A program made the translations under genes and the position numbers. Positions 20,706 through 30,997 of a DNA stretch of 64,000 nt are shown in pieces. Source of the DNA: an uncultured candidate division Zixibacteria bacterium (lineage in GTDB: Bacteria; Zixibacteria; MSB-5A5; GN15; FEB-12); assembly GCA_963664195.1 (NCBI GenBank), contig OY760907.1, positions 2,272,001 through 2,336,000 of the forward strand, written 5' to 3'. Every line of letters begins with the position of its first letter. Positions within the stretch are counted from its first letter, which is position 1. The notes beneath the pieces were generated by a model. The model searched no databases, was not told the DNA's origin, and saw only the letters and a list, made by a program, of their open reading frames with translations.

Positions 20706-21677
20706 ATGACGGCTGTTCTTGCCGGGTACATAGGTGGCTCCAGGGTTGATCTGGCCCAGGTGCGCCGCAACAAAGGGCGTGTCTCGCTGGTGAATCAGGA
20801 GACCTTCCCGACGAGTGATTTCTCGAATTTCGATTCCATCTTGAAGCTGTACCTTAAGAAGCGCAAGACCGGAGTTGCCGCAGCCTGTTTTGGCGTGGCC
20901 GGTCCCGTTATTCGAGATCAGGTATCAGCCACCAATCTGTCCTGGCATATTGCAGGCGAAGACATTCAGAGGAAGTTTTCGTTCCCCCGCGTGAAATTAA
21001 TCAACGATATCGTGGCCACTGCTCACGGTCTTTCGGAGCTTGACTCGGAGAAGTTTTTTACGATCAACGAGGGACGCAAAAACGGTCACGGCAATATTGC
21101 GCTGATTGCAGCGGGCAGTGGTCTTGGTGAGGCCCTGATTTACAACGACGGCAAGAAATTCCATCCGTACGCTTCCGAGGGCGGCCACGCCGATTTTGCA
21201 CCGCACAACGAAATCGAGGGTGAACTCTGGGCCTACATCTTCAGCCAGCAGGGAAGAGTTGAGGTTGAAGATGTCGTCTCGCTCAGGGGGCTCGAGCGCA
21301 TCTATCAGTTCCTGGTCGATACACAAGGGGGAGTCAAGGCTGACTGGTATGACAATACCGAGGACAGGGTGTCTCTGATTGTCGAGAATGCGCTGTCGGG
21401 CAACGATGAAAACTCAATTGCCACCGTAGATGTGTTTATCGATTGCTACGCCTCGGAGGCAGCTAATCTCGTCTTGAAGGGAATGGCGCTGGGAGGAGTG
21501 TATATCGGGGGGATGATTGCGCCGAGGATCATCACGCTGCTTGAGAGCGGACGGTTCATGGAACGGTTCGTCAAACAGGGTAAAATGTCCCAGATGCTCA
21601 CTGATATGCCGGTGGGAGTGATAATCGAAGAAAAGACCGCCCTGCTCGGTGCGGCTGACGTTGCCACTGGTCTCTGA
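20706..21677 (+). CDS. glk: Glucokinase (E. coli Glk family) with atypical phosphate-1 loop
   Basis: ACFGVAGPV, TNLSW, IND, GSGLG, SEGGHADF, GGVYIGG, ALLGAA; N-terminus reads AGYIGGS rather than AGDIGGT. Confidence 0.88.
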   Translation: MTAVLAGYIGGSRVDLAQVRRNKGRVSLVNQETFPTSDFSNFDSILKLYLKKRKTGVAAACFGVAGPVIRDQVSATNLSWHIAGEDIQRKFSFPRVKLINDIVATAHGLSELDSEKFFTINEGRKNGHGNIALIAAGSGLGEALIYNDGKKFHPYASEGGHADFAPHNEIEGELWAYIFSQQGRVEVEDVVSLRGLERIYQFLVDTQGGVKADWYDNTEDRVSLIVENALSGNDENSIATVDVFIDCYASEAANLVLKGMALGGVYIGGMIAPRIITLLESGRFMERFVKQGKMSQMLTDMPVGVIIEEKTALLGAADVATGL

Positions 21678-21682
21678 AGCTC

Positions 21683-22336
21683 ATGAAAGATTGTGTCCTC
21701 TTTTTGCCGGGGCGTTACGATCTTCGCCAAATCCCGTACTACAAAACCATCTGCAGAGACAGGTTCAAGATAGCCGTCGACGGCGGCTACAGCTTTTTTG
21801 CGAAGAGCGGTATTGTACCGGACCTGTTGCTGGGGGATTTTGATTCGTTAAGGAGACGCCCGAAGGGGCTTACTTCAAAAACCGAAGTCCTCACTTTTTC
21901 GCGAGACAAAGACAAGACCGACACGCATCTGGCCTTGGATTATTGTCTGGAGGCTGGGGCGCAACGGATCGACATCGTTCAGACGATGGTCGGCGAACCG
22001 GATCATTTCACGGCCAATCTGCTGCTTATGCCGGTAGTGCGGGATAGCCGCACCGACGAGTACTCTCCGAGTGTTCGATTGATTAACCACAAGAGCGAAA
22101 TCAGGTATGTTCGGGATGGGTGCGTGTCATATCGCAAAGCTGTGGGGGATCGGTTGTCGGTGATTCCGTTGTCGTCCGGTATCAAGCTGACGACACATGG
22201 AACTGCTTTTGATGTCAGTGGGTTGAGGGTCAGACGTGGGGAGACGGTATCGGCAAGAAACCGGATCGTTGAGGGTGAGGCATCGGTGGAAATCGGGGGG
22301 GAGGCGTTCGTTTTTCGCTTGTTTGGGCGTTGGTGA
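21683..22336 (+). CDS. thiN: Thiamine diphosphokinase
   Basis: IAVDGG, PDLLLGDFDS, DKDKTDTHLAL, DHF.ANL motifs. Confidence 0.9.
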   Translation: MKDCVLFLPGRYDLRQIPYYKTICRDRFKIAVDGGYSFFAKSGIVPDLLLGDFDSLRRRPKGLTSKTEVLTFSRDKDKTDTHLALDYCLEAGAQRIDIVQTMVGEPDHFTANLLLMPVVRDSRTDEYSPSVRLINHKSEIRYVRDGCVSYRKAVGDRLSVIPLSSGIKLTTHGTAFDVSGLRVRRGETVSARNRIVEGEASVEIGGEAFVFRLFGRW

Positions 22337-22414
22337 GGGGTCGACGTGTTGATAACACTGCGACAATACTCAGAAATCGGAAGAAAAAGAGTGATTTTGG
22401 ATACCGGTTCCGGC

Positions 22415-22442
22415 TTGACACCGCATTCAGATTGTGTATATT
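22415..22442 (+). promoter_or_regulatory. Sigma70-type promoter of tRNA-Gln
   Basis: TTGACA-N16-TATATT about 57 nt upstream of the tRNA. Confidence 0.6.
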
Positions 22443-22499
22443 CACAGCCGTTCACGAGGTGAACGATATTGGTCTTTGGACCGATAAGATTATTGATAC

Positions 22500-22570
22500 T
22501 GGGAGATCGTCCAACGGCAGGACATGCGGCTCTGGACCGTAGTATCGGGGTTCGAATCCCTGTCTCCCAG
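22500..22570 (+). tRNA. tRNA-Gln(CTG), CCA not encoded
   Basis: Acceptor stem TGGGAGA/TCTCCCA, anticodon arm TGCGG-CTCTGGA-CCGTA, T arm CGGGG-TTCGAAT-CCCTG, discriminator G. Confidence 0.97.
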
Positions 22571-22606
22571 CTTTTTTTGTGGGTCGCCGATCGGCGGCCT
22601 TTTTTG
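22567..22606 (+). repeat. Direct repeat copy 1: tRNA 3' end plus intrinsic terminator (putative att core)
   Basis: CCAGC-T7-GT-GGGTCGCCGATCGGCGGCC-T6-G; recurs at 36999-37037 and 59470-59508. Confidence 0.95.
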
Positions 22607-22778
22607 GCTTCTGGGGGAAACGGACGGTTCACGAACGCTTTGAATAGGGGCAGACGACACGTCTGACGGCCAAAGTGAATTCCCGTGGGTTTGTGCCCCC
22701 GCGGCCGGACCGTGATGATGGGAAGCAGATTGCAGCTGTTTCTTTCCGGAACTGCCGTAAACTCTCCTCCCAGGTGAG

Positions 22779-25700
22779 TCAGTCCTTCGGTCGGACGATT
22801 CTCAGCTTTTTCATCCTTGCTTCAAGAGTCGTTGGCTTCAGCCCAAGCCTGTCGGCTGCACCCCCTCTACCTCTCACTCGCCACCTCGCGGACTCCAGCG
22901 TTCCGGTGATGTGAGCTCGTTCGACAGCTTCCAGCGTCTGCAAGTGTCCTGCCTGTCCGGAACGGACTATTCCAGTTTCTACGCTGAGCGCGCCCGAATC
23001 CATTTGGATCATGGATCGCTCGATAACGTTGCGCAACTCTCTGACGTTGCCCGGCCAGGTATGACGTCGCAACAGTTCCATACTGCTATGGGGTATCTTC
23101 GTGACTCGCTTGCCCATGCTTCGAGAGAACTCATCGACAAAGAACTGCACCAGATACTCAATATCCTCTGGCCGATCCCTCAGCGGCGGGATCGTGATCG
23201 GGAACACGTTGAGACGGAAGAAGAGGTCTTCTCTAAATGTGCCTGCGTCGCAAGCTTTCTCCAGATCGCGGTTTGTCGCAGCAATGATGCGTGCATCAAC
23301 ATCGATGAGCTTATTCCCTCCCAATCGTTCCACTTTGCGCTCCTGAAGAACGCGCAGCAGCTTCGCCTGAGTTTCCAGTGGCAATTCACCGATTTCATCG
23401 AGGAAGAGAGTGCCCCCGTTGGCTGCCTCGAAGCGCCCGATCTGCTGTCTGTTAGCACCGGTATACGCCCCCTTCTCTCGGCCAAAGAGTTCGCTTTCGA
23501 CCAGGCCGGAGGGGAATGCGCAACAGCTGAACGCAACCAGGCGGCTCTCTTTGCGGGGACTCATGTTGTGAATCGAGTGAGCCATCAGCTCCTTGCCGGT
23601 TCCGGTTTCACCCAACAGCAGAACGGTCGAGTCGGTCGTTGCCACCCGCTCAGCTTCTGCAAGAACTGCCTTCATGGCCCGACTGTGGCCGATAATCTGC
23701 GAGCGATGCCGACTAGATCGGATATCCTCACGCAACAAGACGTTCTCAGCTTCCGACAATTCCTTGAGCCGACCTGTGTTGTCGAGAGCCTCCCGAAGTT
23801 CTTGTTCCGTCTCTCTTAGTCTGGTGATATCAACGGAATTGACAATCACCTTCTCCACTTCGTCATCCTCAGTCAGAATGGGAATTGCATTGACGTTGAC
23901 CCAGACTGTCGCGTCTCTCTCTGGACTATTAATGCCAATAGTGTAATCATGGAGCGGTTTCTTGGTGGCCATCACTCTGGCGACAGGATAGTCTTCCGGC
24001 TTCAACGTACTCGAGTCCGGTTTCAGAAAACGCCATGCCGGATCAGTGTACGTTTTGCCCGATATTTGCTCTGCTGTAAGCCCAAGTATACGGCTTGCTT
24101 CCGGATTGCTGTAGATGATGGACGTGTCGCGTGCATGAACAACCACTCCAGCAAGAAGTTGACTCAGTATTGATTCGTATTCTCTTGTACTTTCTCGCAA
24201 TGCAAGCTCGGCGCGCTTGCGATCGGTGATGTCCACCCACTGGCAGACAACGTGTGTCAGCTTGCCCTCGGTGTTCAATACTGGGTAGAGCGATGCATCG
24301 ATGTACAGATCGTTCGCGCCTGTGAGATGTATATCGCCGGCATCCGTCGCTATCCAATGCAAGCTGAAGCGTACGGGCTCGTGATTCTTGAAAACTCTCT
24401 TCACCCGTGGCATGAGACCTTGCTTCTCAAGGTTTGCGTCTGCGAGCACATTGTAATTGCCAATAATCTGTTCATCGGTCAGACCCAGAGTTTCGCGCAA
24501 GGACTGGTTTGTTTTTATGATTGTTCCGTTCGGACCGGCGATCCACATGGCGAACGGACTTTCATCGATTACCGTATCGAGGAAAGACGTCACCGATTTG
24601 AGTGCTTCCTCGCTCTGTTTGCGCTCGGTGATATCCATCGCCATCGAAAGCACGACCTGCTGATTCGTCAATTCGATTGTCTCGGCAGATAACAAGAAAA
24701 TGGCGACCTCGCCGGATTTGTTCCGGAGACTGACTTCCTGGTTCGAAACCCTGCCGTGTTTCTGTAACTCACCGAGCATTGTGGCGCGCTGATCGGGATC
24801 GGTATACAGATTGAGCTCTAGAGTTGTCCTGTCGATCACTTCGTCATAAGTGTAGCCGGTCGTTCTTAGCCAGGCCGGGTTGACTTCGATAATTGTGCCG
24901 TCCGAGATGCGGGTTAAGGAGACGAGCATCGGATTGGAGCGGAAGATAGTTGAGAAGCGCGCTTCCGTGGCGTGCAGCTCCGCTTCTGCTTGCTTTCGAT
25001 CGGAGATGTCTGCAACAACGGCTACGAAAAACACGGGTTGACCATGTTCGTTTCTGACCAGGCTGACGGTGAGGCTAACCCACACAACATGGCCTCTCTT
25101 GTGGAAGTATCTCCTCTCCATTGAGTAGGTGTCGATCTCTCCGGCCAGCATCCGGTTGGCGTATTCCAGGTCTGCTTCCAGATCATCGGGGTGAGTGAGT
25201 TCTTGGAAGGTTCTTTTCAGAAGTTCGGATTCTGAAAAGCCCGTGATGTCACAGAGACGCTGATTGATCTGCAGCCAGCTGCCGTCGAGCGCCAGCCGTG
25301 CCATCCCTACGGCTGCTTGTTCAAACAAGGCGCGGAACTGTAGTTCGCTCTTGCGCAGCTCTACTTCCGCACGTTTGCGGTCGCTGATATCAAAGGAAAT
25401 GGCCTGGACTGATGTGACCTTGCCCGAGACGTCTGTTATGGGCCACAACCGTGTCTCAAACCAGAAGCTTTGACCTCGCAGAGGAGTTTCCTCCTCAAAG
25501 ACAAGGCCCTTTCCGGCCCTGAACACCCGGCGTATGTTAGACATTTGGCGGTTGGCAATCTCTTCCGGGAAGAGGTCCCACATGGTTTTTCCTGCTACTT
25601 GATGCGGTTCCAGACCTACCATAGTGGCGGCACAGGTGTTCATGAACAGGAACTCGCCCTCAAGACCAACTTCAAAAACCGGCTGTCCTGCATTCTCAAC

Positions 25701-26546
25701 CAGACTCCTGTACTGTCTTTCGCTTCCCTTCAGTCTTTCTTCAGCCCGCTGGCGTTTGGTGATATCTCTGCCTATGGCGAGAACCAGTTTTTGACCGCAA
25801 TGTTCAAACATGCGGGCACGTATCTCAACTGGCACCAGATTTCCTGTCTTGGTGACCAGGTGCTTCTGAGAAATCAGTTGCTCGTCCCCAATCAGATTCT
25901 CGGCTTCCTCCGCGACAGTCTTCTGACCGAGATCAGAGATGATTTCGGTTGGCCTCAGCTGGCGGAACTCTTCCATAGAGTACCCCAGTTGTTGACAAGT
26001 CAGACTGTTGACTTCCAGGAAATACCCCGGGGTTTCTGGCGTATCGAGTTCGTGCAAGAAGACAAAGTCGTTGGCTACTTCAAAGAGCGTGCGATAATGT
26101 GCCCCTCGTTCCCTGCCACTCTCTTCCTCCTGTTGGATTTCGGAGATGTCCCTTACTACCGCGACCAACGTGTCGCCGTCGGGGTTGAGCGAGCTCAAGG
26201 AGACGTCCGTATCGAATGTCTCACCTCCCAGGCGGGCGTGGGTCCAGTAGAATCGTTCCTTTTCACCCCGCTGAATGCCGGCAACGATTGTCTCCCTCTT
26301 GATCTTGGAATCTGAACCGTCCGGTTGATACTCCGGTGAGATCTGCGAAGGACTCAACCCTACCAACTCTTCGACTGAGGACGCGCCGAACAGCTCTACG
26401 GCCTTGCTGTTGCAGTCGACTATTTTGTCCTTGTTGATGAATAAGACCGCATCATTGACGGTTTCGAGAATCGCGTCGACAAGCTTTGACCTGCCGTCGG
26501 CCGCGTACCCGGGATCTGATTTCTCTTTGCGCCTGTCCTTGCCCAA
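22779..26546 (-). CDS. Sigma54-dependent activator (FhlA-like) with seven PAS domains
   Basis: Seven PAS/PAC units ending D(I)(S/T); GETGTGKE, ESELFGREKGAYTGA, LFLDEIGE, WPGNVREL; Fis-type HTH; TTG start with AAGGGGG RBS. Confidence 0.92.
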   Translation of the reverse strand: MGKDRRKEKSDPGYAADGRSKLVDAILETVNDAVLFINKDKIVDCNSKAVELFGASSVEELVGLSPSQISPEYQPDGSDSKIKRETIVAGIQRGEKERFYWTHARLGGETFDTDVSLSSLNPDGDTLVAVVRDISEIQQEEESGRERGAHYRTLFEVANDFVFLHELDTPETPGYFLEVNSLTCQQLGYSMEEFRQLRPTEIISDLGQKTVAEEAENLIGDEQLISQKHLVTKTGNLVPVEIRARMFEHCGQKLVLAIGRDITKRQRAEERLKGSERQYRSLVENAGQPVFEVGLEGEFLFMNTCAATMVGLEPHQVAGKTMWDLFPEEIANRQMSNIRRVFRAGKGLVFEEETPLRGQSFWFETRLWPITDVSGKVTSVQAISFDISDRKRAEVELRKSELQFRALFEQAAVGMARLALDGSWLQINQRLCDITGFSESELLKRTFQELTHPDDLEADLEYANRMLAGEIDTYSMERRYFHKRGHVVWVSLTVSLVRNEHGQPVFFVAVVADISDRKQAEAELHATEARFSTIFRSNPMLVSLTRISDGTIIEVNPAWLRTTGYTYDEVIDRTTLELNLYTDPDQRATMLGELQKHGRVSNQEVSLRNKSGEVAIFLLSAETIELTNQQVVLSMAMDITERKQSEEALKSVTSFLDTVIDESPFAMWIAGPNGTIIKTNQSLRETLGLTDEQIIGNYNVLADANLEKQGLMPRVKRVFKNHEPVRFSLHWIATDAGDIHLTGANDLYIDASLYPVLNTEGKLTHVVCQWVDITDRKRAELALRESTREYESILSQLLAGVVVHARDTSIIYSNPEASRILGLTAEQISGKTYTDPAWRFLKPDSSTLKPEDYPVARVMATKKPLHDYTIGINSPERDATVWVNVNAIPILTEDDEVEKVIVNSVDITRLRETEQELREALDNTGRLKELSEAENVLLREDIRSSRHRSQIIGHSRAMKAVLAEAERVATTDSTVLLLGETGTGKELMAHSIHNMSPRKESRLVAFSCCAFPSGLVESELFGREKGAYTGANRQQIGRFEAANGGTLFLDEIGELPLETQAKLLRVLQERKVERLGGNKLIDVDARIIAATNRDLEKACDAGTFREDLFFRLNVFPITIPPLRDRPEDIEYLVQFFVDEFSRSMGKRVTKIPHSSMELLRRHTWPGNVRELRNVIERSMIQMDSGALSVETGIVRSGQAGHLQTLEAVERAHITGTLESARWRVRGRGGAADRLGLKPTTLEARMKKLRIVRPKD

Positions 26547-26999
26547 TTCGGTGCCCCCTTGTGAGCTACTTCAGCACCACCTTTGTCGATTTCCCTATCC
26601 TCGAATCAAGTGTTGCCTGTAAATTCGACGTGTTTTGTACTGTACCGACCGCGTCTATCATACGATAGTCGGTACCCATTCGACAGCTTCTCTTGATTCA
26701 CTGACCAGGGCAAGTGCCCACAGCCCTGGGTGAAGGAAGAGAGAGACATTATGGGGCAGTTCGCGCCCATCCTGAACCAAGGCTCAGGATGTCTCTAATA
26801 CGTCGGATGTCAATCCGGCTGAGTTGGACGGTTGCTCAGTTCGGTATGTGTTGTCATTAGTGCTGTGCCCCAATATATCGTACAACCCACGAAATAATGT
26901 ACGAGTGGAGAAGTCAACTTGTTTTTACCCGTTTTTCTATACTGTTCACAAGAGCCTGCAAAGTAGCGTCTTACGAGAAACGGAGAAGATTGACAGAGT

Positions 27000-27016
27000 T
27001 CGGCATGTCTCTTGCA
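27000..27016 (+). promoter_or_regulatory. Sigma54 (-24/-12) promoter
   Basis: TCGGCATGTCTCTTGCA has exact GG-N10-GC spacing with TTGCA, divergent from the sigma54 activator. Confidence 0.7.
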
Positions 27017-27123
27017 ATATGTGTAGCGAATACATCTAGGATTATTGACTGGACAGGTGGTTCTTGGTGTCTTAGCCGCCGGATCGCAATATCTGCCCAA
27101 GTCTGTCATTTTGGGGGTAGTGG

Positions 27124-27537
27124 GTGGGCACCTACGTATCAAGTCGGTTCAAGGACGGAGCAAGCGAAGCGCTAGTCTGCAACTCAGTTTCAGCAGACGA
27201 ATGGCTTCGTTTGGTGGTCTCACTGATGAAGCTGGCTGATCAGCATCAATCGGCAAAGCTGTTGATCGATTTGAGTGGGGGACAGATGGTTGCAGGCATT
27301 ATGGACATCTATGATATTCCTGCAAGGCTCTCTCTTCGAGACTATCGACCCTGCTTCAAGCAGGCAGTAGTTGTCGCCGAGAAGAGTAGAAACATCATGT
27401 TCTACGAGACAGTCATGTGTAACAGTTTCTTCAGAACCAGTGTTTTTACCGGGTTTGAGGCTGCCGCAGACTGGTTGGGCAAGGACTTGCCGGGAGGACT
27501 CCAGTTGTCAAAAGGGGGCTTTGTTAGTGTCTTTTGA
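27124..27537 (+). CDS. Small hypothetical protein, STAS/SpoIIAA-like alpha/beta fold suspected
   Basis: KLLIDLS, QAVVV, FYETV..N, VFTGFEAAADWL pattern; stop overlaps next start. Start codon uncertain. Confidence 0.6.
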   Translation: MGTYVSSRFKDGASEALVCNSVSADEWLRLVVSLMKLADQHQSAKLLIDLSGGQMVAGIMDIYDIPARLSLRDYRPCFKQAVVVAEKSRNIMFYETVMCNSFFRTSVFTGFEAAADWLGKDLPGGLQLSKGGFVSVF

Positions 27538-28834
27538 ACGAGACGATTTGGAAACGGGAACTGCGAGAGAAATCGTGCCTTGGAATCTGGCGACTGTCAA
27601 GCTGGTCCGCAAGGCGGTTCCTCCTGCCTCTGTTATGGTGACTTTGCTCGAAGCGTCACGGCATCCAATCTTCGCCGTCAACGCAGACTATTGCTATCTG
27701 CTCTATAGCAGAAGTCACGCCGATGTAATGTGTACTCTGTACGGCGCGGAGATCGAGGCGGGGGGAAGTCTGTTGGACTATATAACAGTGCCCGAGGACA
27801 GGCTAGCCACAAAGCTCAACCTCGACCGGGCGCTGAGCGGAGAGCATGTGGAGGAAGCCGCGACCTCAATCGGAGGAGATGGCGACCACAAACAGGTTGA
27901 TGTCTCCTATGTTCCGATACGCTCTTCCGAGGGTCCGGCTCAAGGCGTACTAGTGATCTCAAACGACGTTACAGAGTCGCACCGACTGGCGGAAGATTTG
28001 CATCGATCTCAGAGCAAGCTCGACCGTTTCTTCCAAACTGATATGGTTGGCAGGATTGCTGGAGCAGCTGATGGCAAAGTGGTTGATGCAAACGATTATC
28101 TCCTCAAGTTGATAGGCTATACGCGTGAGGAACTCTGCAGGGGGGAGATCAACTGGCGATCTATCACGCCTGCCGAATACTTGTCGCTCGACGAGCAGGC
28201 CATTGCAACTCTCAAACTGACCGGCGAGTGCTCTCCCTACGAAAAGGAGTATCAGCGGAGGGATGGCACCAGAGTATCAGTCTTGCTGACAAACATTCTC
28301 CCTCACGATCCAGAAGACCCGATCGAGGCGTTGGTGATTGATATCACTGATCGCAAGCGGATGGAGGACTCACTGCAGCGCCTGGATACACAGCTCGAAA
28401 GGGAACGCAACTCTGTCTCGTCTAAGCAGAGCGCACTTCGGGAAGTGTTGAGTCACCTGGAAGAAGAACGGAATCGAACAGTGTCATGCGTATCTTCCAA
28501 TATTAGTTCCGTGGTTACTCCCCTGATCAGACAGCTTCGAAAGTCCGTTGCCAACAATCCTGCGCAGGCCCAGCTAGTGGATCAGGTAAGCCAGGCATTG
28601 GACGACGTCATGTCTCCGTTTGTAGATGCACTGTCAGCAAGGTTTGCGACGCTGTCCCCTCGAGAACTGCAAGTGTGCAGTCTGGTGAAGGATGGCATCC
28701 AATCGAAGGAGATAGCCGGACTCCTCGGCATTTCAGTCCTGACCGTGCATACGATTCGCCGTAACATCCGAAAAAAGCTCGCTCTGAAGGACGGCAGTGC
28801 AGTCCTTTCGGAATATCTCAACTCAATCAAGTAG
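27527..28834 (+). CDS. PAS-PAS-LuxR-family transcriptional regulator
   Basis: Two PAS units; LSPRELQVC.LV..G..SKEIA.LLGIS..TV...R.NIRKKL HTH. GTG 27527 chosen from the AAGGGGG RBS. Confidence 0.85.
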   Translation: MSFERDDLETGTAREIVPWNLATVKLVRKAVPPASVMVTLLEASRHPIFAVNADYCYLLYSRSHADVMCTLYGAEIEAGGSLLDYITVPEDRLATKLNLDRALSGEHVEEAATSIGGDGDHKQVDVSYVPIRSSEGPAQGVLVISNDVTESHRLAEDLHRSQSKLDRFFQTDMVGRIAGAADGKVVDANDYLLKLIGYTREELCRGEINWRSITPAEYLSLDEQAIATLKLTGECSPYEKEYQRRDGTRVSVLLTNILPHDPEDPIEALVIDITDRKRMEDSLQRLDTQLERERNSVSSKQSALREVLSHLEEERNRTVSCVSSNISSVVTPLIRQLRKSVANNPAQAQLVDQVSQALDDVMSPFVDALSARFATLSPRELQVCSLVKDGIQSKEIAGLLGISVLTVHTIRRNIRKKLALKDGSAVLSEYLNSIK

Positions 28835-29317
28835 GGCCGCAGACTTGGCGGCGTGAGTATCTGTGCGTCGACGGCAGTGCGCTCGGTTTCGGTATTGCCC
28901 AAGAACGTTAGGTATAGAGCGTACTTAATGGTTCCTCATCATCATCATCGACAATACACCGATCCATACTAGTGTTAGAACCGTATCAGGATCGAACAGG
29001 GCTCAGTGTTGCCTGGCTAACGATCTTGGTTAATGTGAAGGGTCATCGTGATGCCACTACATTCTGTTGCTTTCGTTTCTCCTCTCTCTTCATCGCGAGC
29101 GACAGAGAAGACCGCCAACTTGGATGCGCCACTGGAGCAGGGCGTCACGATGACTCATACTTCAGAGAGGCAATCTCCATCAATCGCGAATCTGCGGGTA
29201 GAGGGAGATATCAATAGAAGCGTTGGATCTTCGAGCGAGACCGTGCCTACGAACGAATCGAAGAATGGGACAAGTGGTCCGAACATGACAGTTGCTGCGG
29301 AAGGGGGACGGGAAGGC

Positions 29318-30997
29318 ATGACGAAGGAGTCGTTTCGGGTCCTCTTGGTCGACGATGAGTCAGTGATTCTCACTGTCATGCAGGAGGTGCTCGAAGAGGC
29401 CGGTTATTCCTGTAGGACAGCTTCATCAGGAGCAGTTGCTCTCCAGCGGTTCCAGGAGGAGCCTGCAAGTCTGGTAATCAGCGACATCCGGATGCCGGGT
29501 GTTTCGGGAGTGCAATTGGCAGATGCCCTCTGCGCGAAGCAGTCTGATACTCTAATTGTTCTCATCACCGGATATGCAGAGCCAGACGTTCTATCTCAGG
29601 CACTCAAGCAGAGTCCATTCGGCTTCCTTGAGAAGCCCTTTCTTCCGAACCAGTTGGTTGCCCTGGTGGAGAGGGCAGAGAAGTACTGGAGTGATCGGTT
29701 CGACTCTCAGGAGCAAGGCAGGCTTCTGGAGCAACAAGTAAGCGAAAAGACGAAGGAACTGGAATTCAAGACCGATCGACTGATTGCAGAGAAGGATCTT
29801 CTCCACGGCATAGTGAACGACGCGAATTTTGGTCTGATGGCTTTCGATACGTCCGGCCAGACACACCTGCTCAATCGTCTTGCCTGTGAGCTACTGGCTA
29901 TCGACGAGTCGCTGTATGCTCAGTATCACGGTTTCCCTTACAGGGATCTGCTGCCAAAAGAATGTTATGATGCACTGACTCCGCTTCTGGACGAGACGCG
30001 GAAGACCAATGGCCTCGAAACCGCCGAGTTCATGAATCCACTGAATGACAGACACCTGAGCGTCATTGGGTATCCGATAATACGCCACAGCCGCGTAACA
30101 GCTCTGGTATTGGTTGTTCACGACGTGACAGAGAAGGAAACGCTCCAGAGACGCCTTCTTCAATCCCAGAAACTTGCGTCTATCGGCGAACTCGCGGCCG
30201 GCGTCGCACATGAAATCAACAACCCGCTGGGCTTCGTCATGAGCAACTGCAACTCGCTGTCTGGATACGTTGACACCTTGAAGGACTATATTAGCCTGCT
30301 GGAGGGTGCTTGCTCATCAACGGCCGCGCCGAACACTCCCATTGGAACGCAAGTCACTCAGGCGAAGTCCGAGATGGACATACCGTTTATTCAGGAGGAC
30401 ATGTCCGAACTGCTGGCAGAGACTCTTGACGGACTCGATCGAGTGTCCAAGATAGTCCGGGACCTCAAATCGTTCGCTCGCGCGGACAATGACACCGCTG
30501 AGCGGTGTGAGATAAATGATCTGATTGACAATGCGCTGAATCTGGCCAGAAACGAGATCAAGTACAACCTGGAAATAGTCAAGAACTTCGCTCCGCTTCC
30601 AGCCGTCAGCGGATTTCCCAGCCAACTGGTGCAAGTGTTCACAAACATGTTTGTCAACGCCTCTCATGCGGCCAAAGCCAAGGGCACACTTACGATCACT
30701 ACCAGCGCTACCGACAGAGTCATTCGAATCAGTATAGCCGATAACGGAGAAGGCATCTCGGAGAAGGATCTTTCCAGAATCTTCGATCCCTTCTTTACGA
30801 CCAAGCCGCCGGGTAAGGGAACGGGTATGGGGCTAAGTATTTCGTACGGTATCATTGAGCGTCACGGAGGCAGAATTCTGGCAAGCAGTGAGGTTGGGGT
30901 AGGAACCGAGTTCACTATTGAACTGCCGGTCAAGAGGCCTGCTGAGTGCGGCCAGTCAGCAGAACCAGTAGCCGTAACACAAGGGGGACTGAGTTAG
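29318..30997 (+). CDS. REC-PAS-histidine kinase (NtrB-like)
   Basis: [58 protein letters not shown]. The reading frame is open from 29048, so the start may be upstream. Confidence 0.9.
   Translation: MTKESFRVLLVDDESVILTVMQEVLEEAGYSCRTASSGAVALQRFQEEPASLVISDIRMPGVSGVQLADALCAKQSDTLIVLITGYAEPDVLSQALKQSPFGFLEKPFLPNQLVALVERAEKYWSDRFDSQEQGRLLEQQVSEKTKELEFKTDRLIAEKDLLHGIVNDANFGLMAFDTSGQTHLLNRLACELLAIDESLYAQYHGFPYRDLLPKECYDALTPLLDETRKTNGLETAEFMNPLNDRHLSVIGYPIIRHSRVTALVLVVHDVTEKETLQRRLLQSQKLASIGELAAGVAHEINNPLGFVMSNCNSLSGYVDTLKDYISLLEGACSSTAAPNTPIGTQVTQAKSEMDIPFIQEDMSELLAETLDGLDRVSKIVRDLKSFARADNDTAERCEINDLIDNALNLARNEIKYNLEIVKNFAPLPAVSGFPSQLVQVFTNMFVNASHAAKAKGTLTITTSATDRVIRISIADNGEGISEKDLSRIFDPFFTTKPPGKGTGMGLSISYGIIERHGGRILASSEVGVGTEFTIELPVKRPAECGQSAEPVAVTQGGLS

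Noticed and set aside
22678..22692. Short match AA(T/A)TCCCGTGGGTT between 22678 and 59348
   Set aside because: Too short and not at equivalent positions relative to the repeats; compatible with chance.
26642..26675. Hairpin GTACCGAC...GTCGGTAC upstream of the sigma54 activator
   Set aside because: Single imperfect inverted repeat with no U-tract or second copy; no function can be supported.
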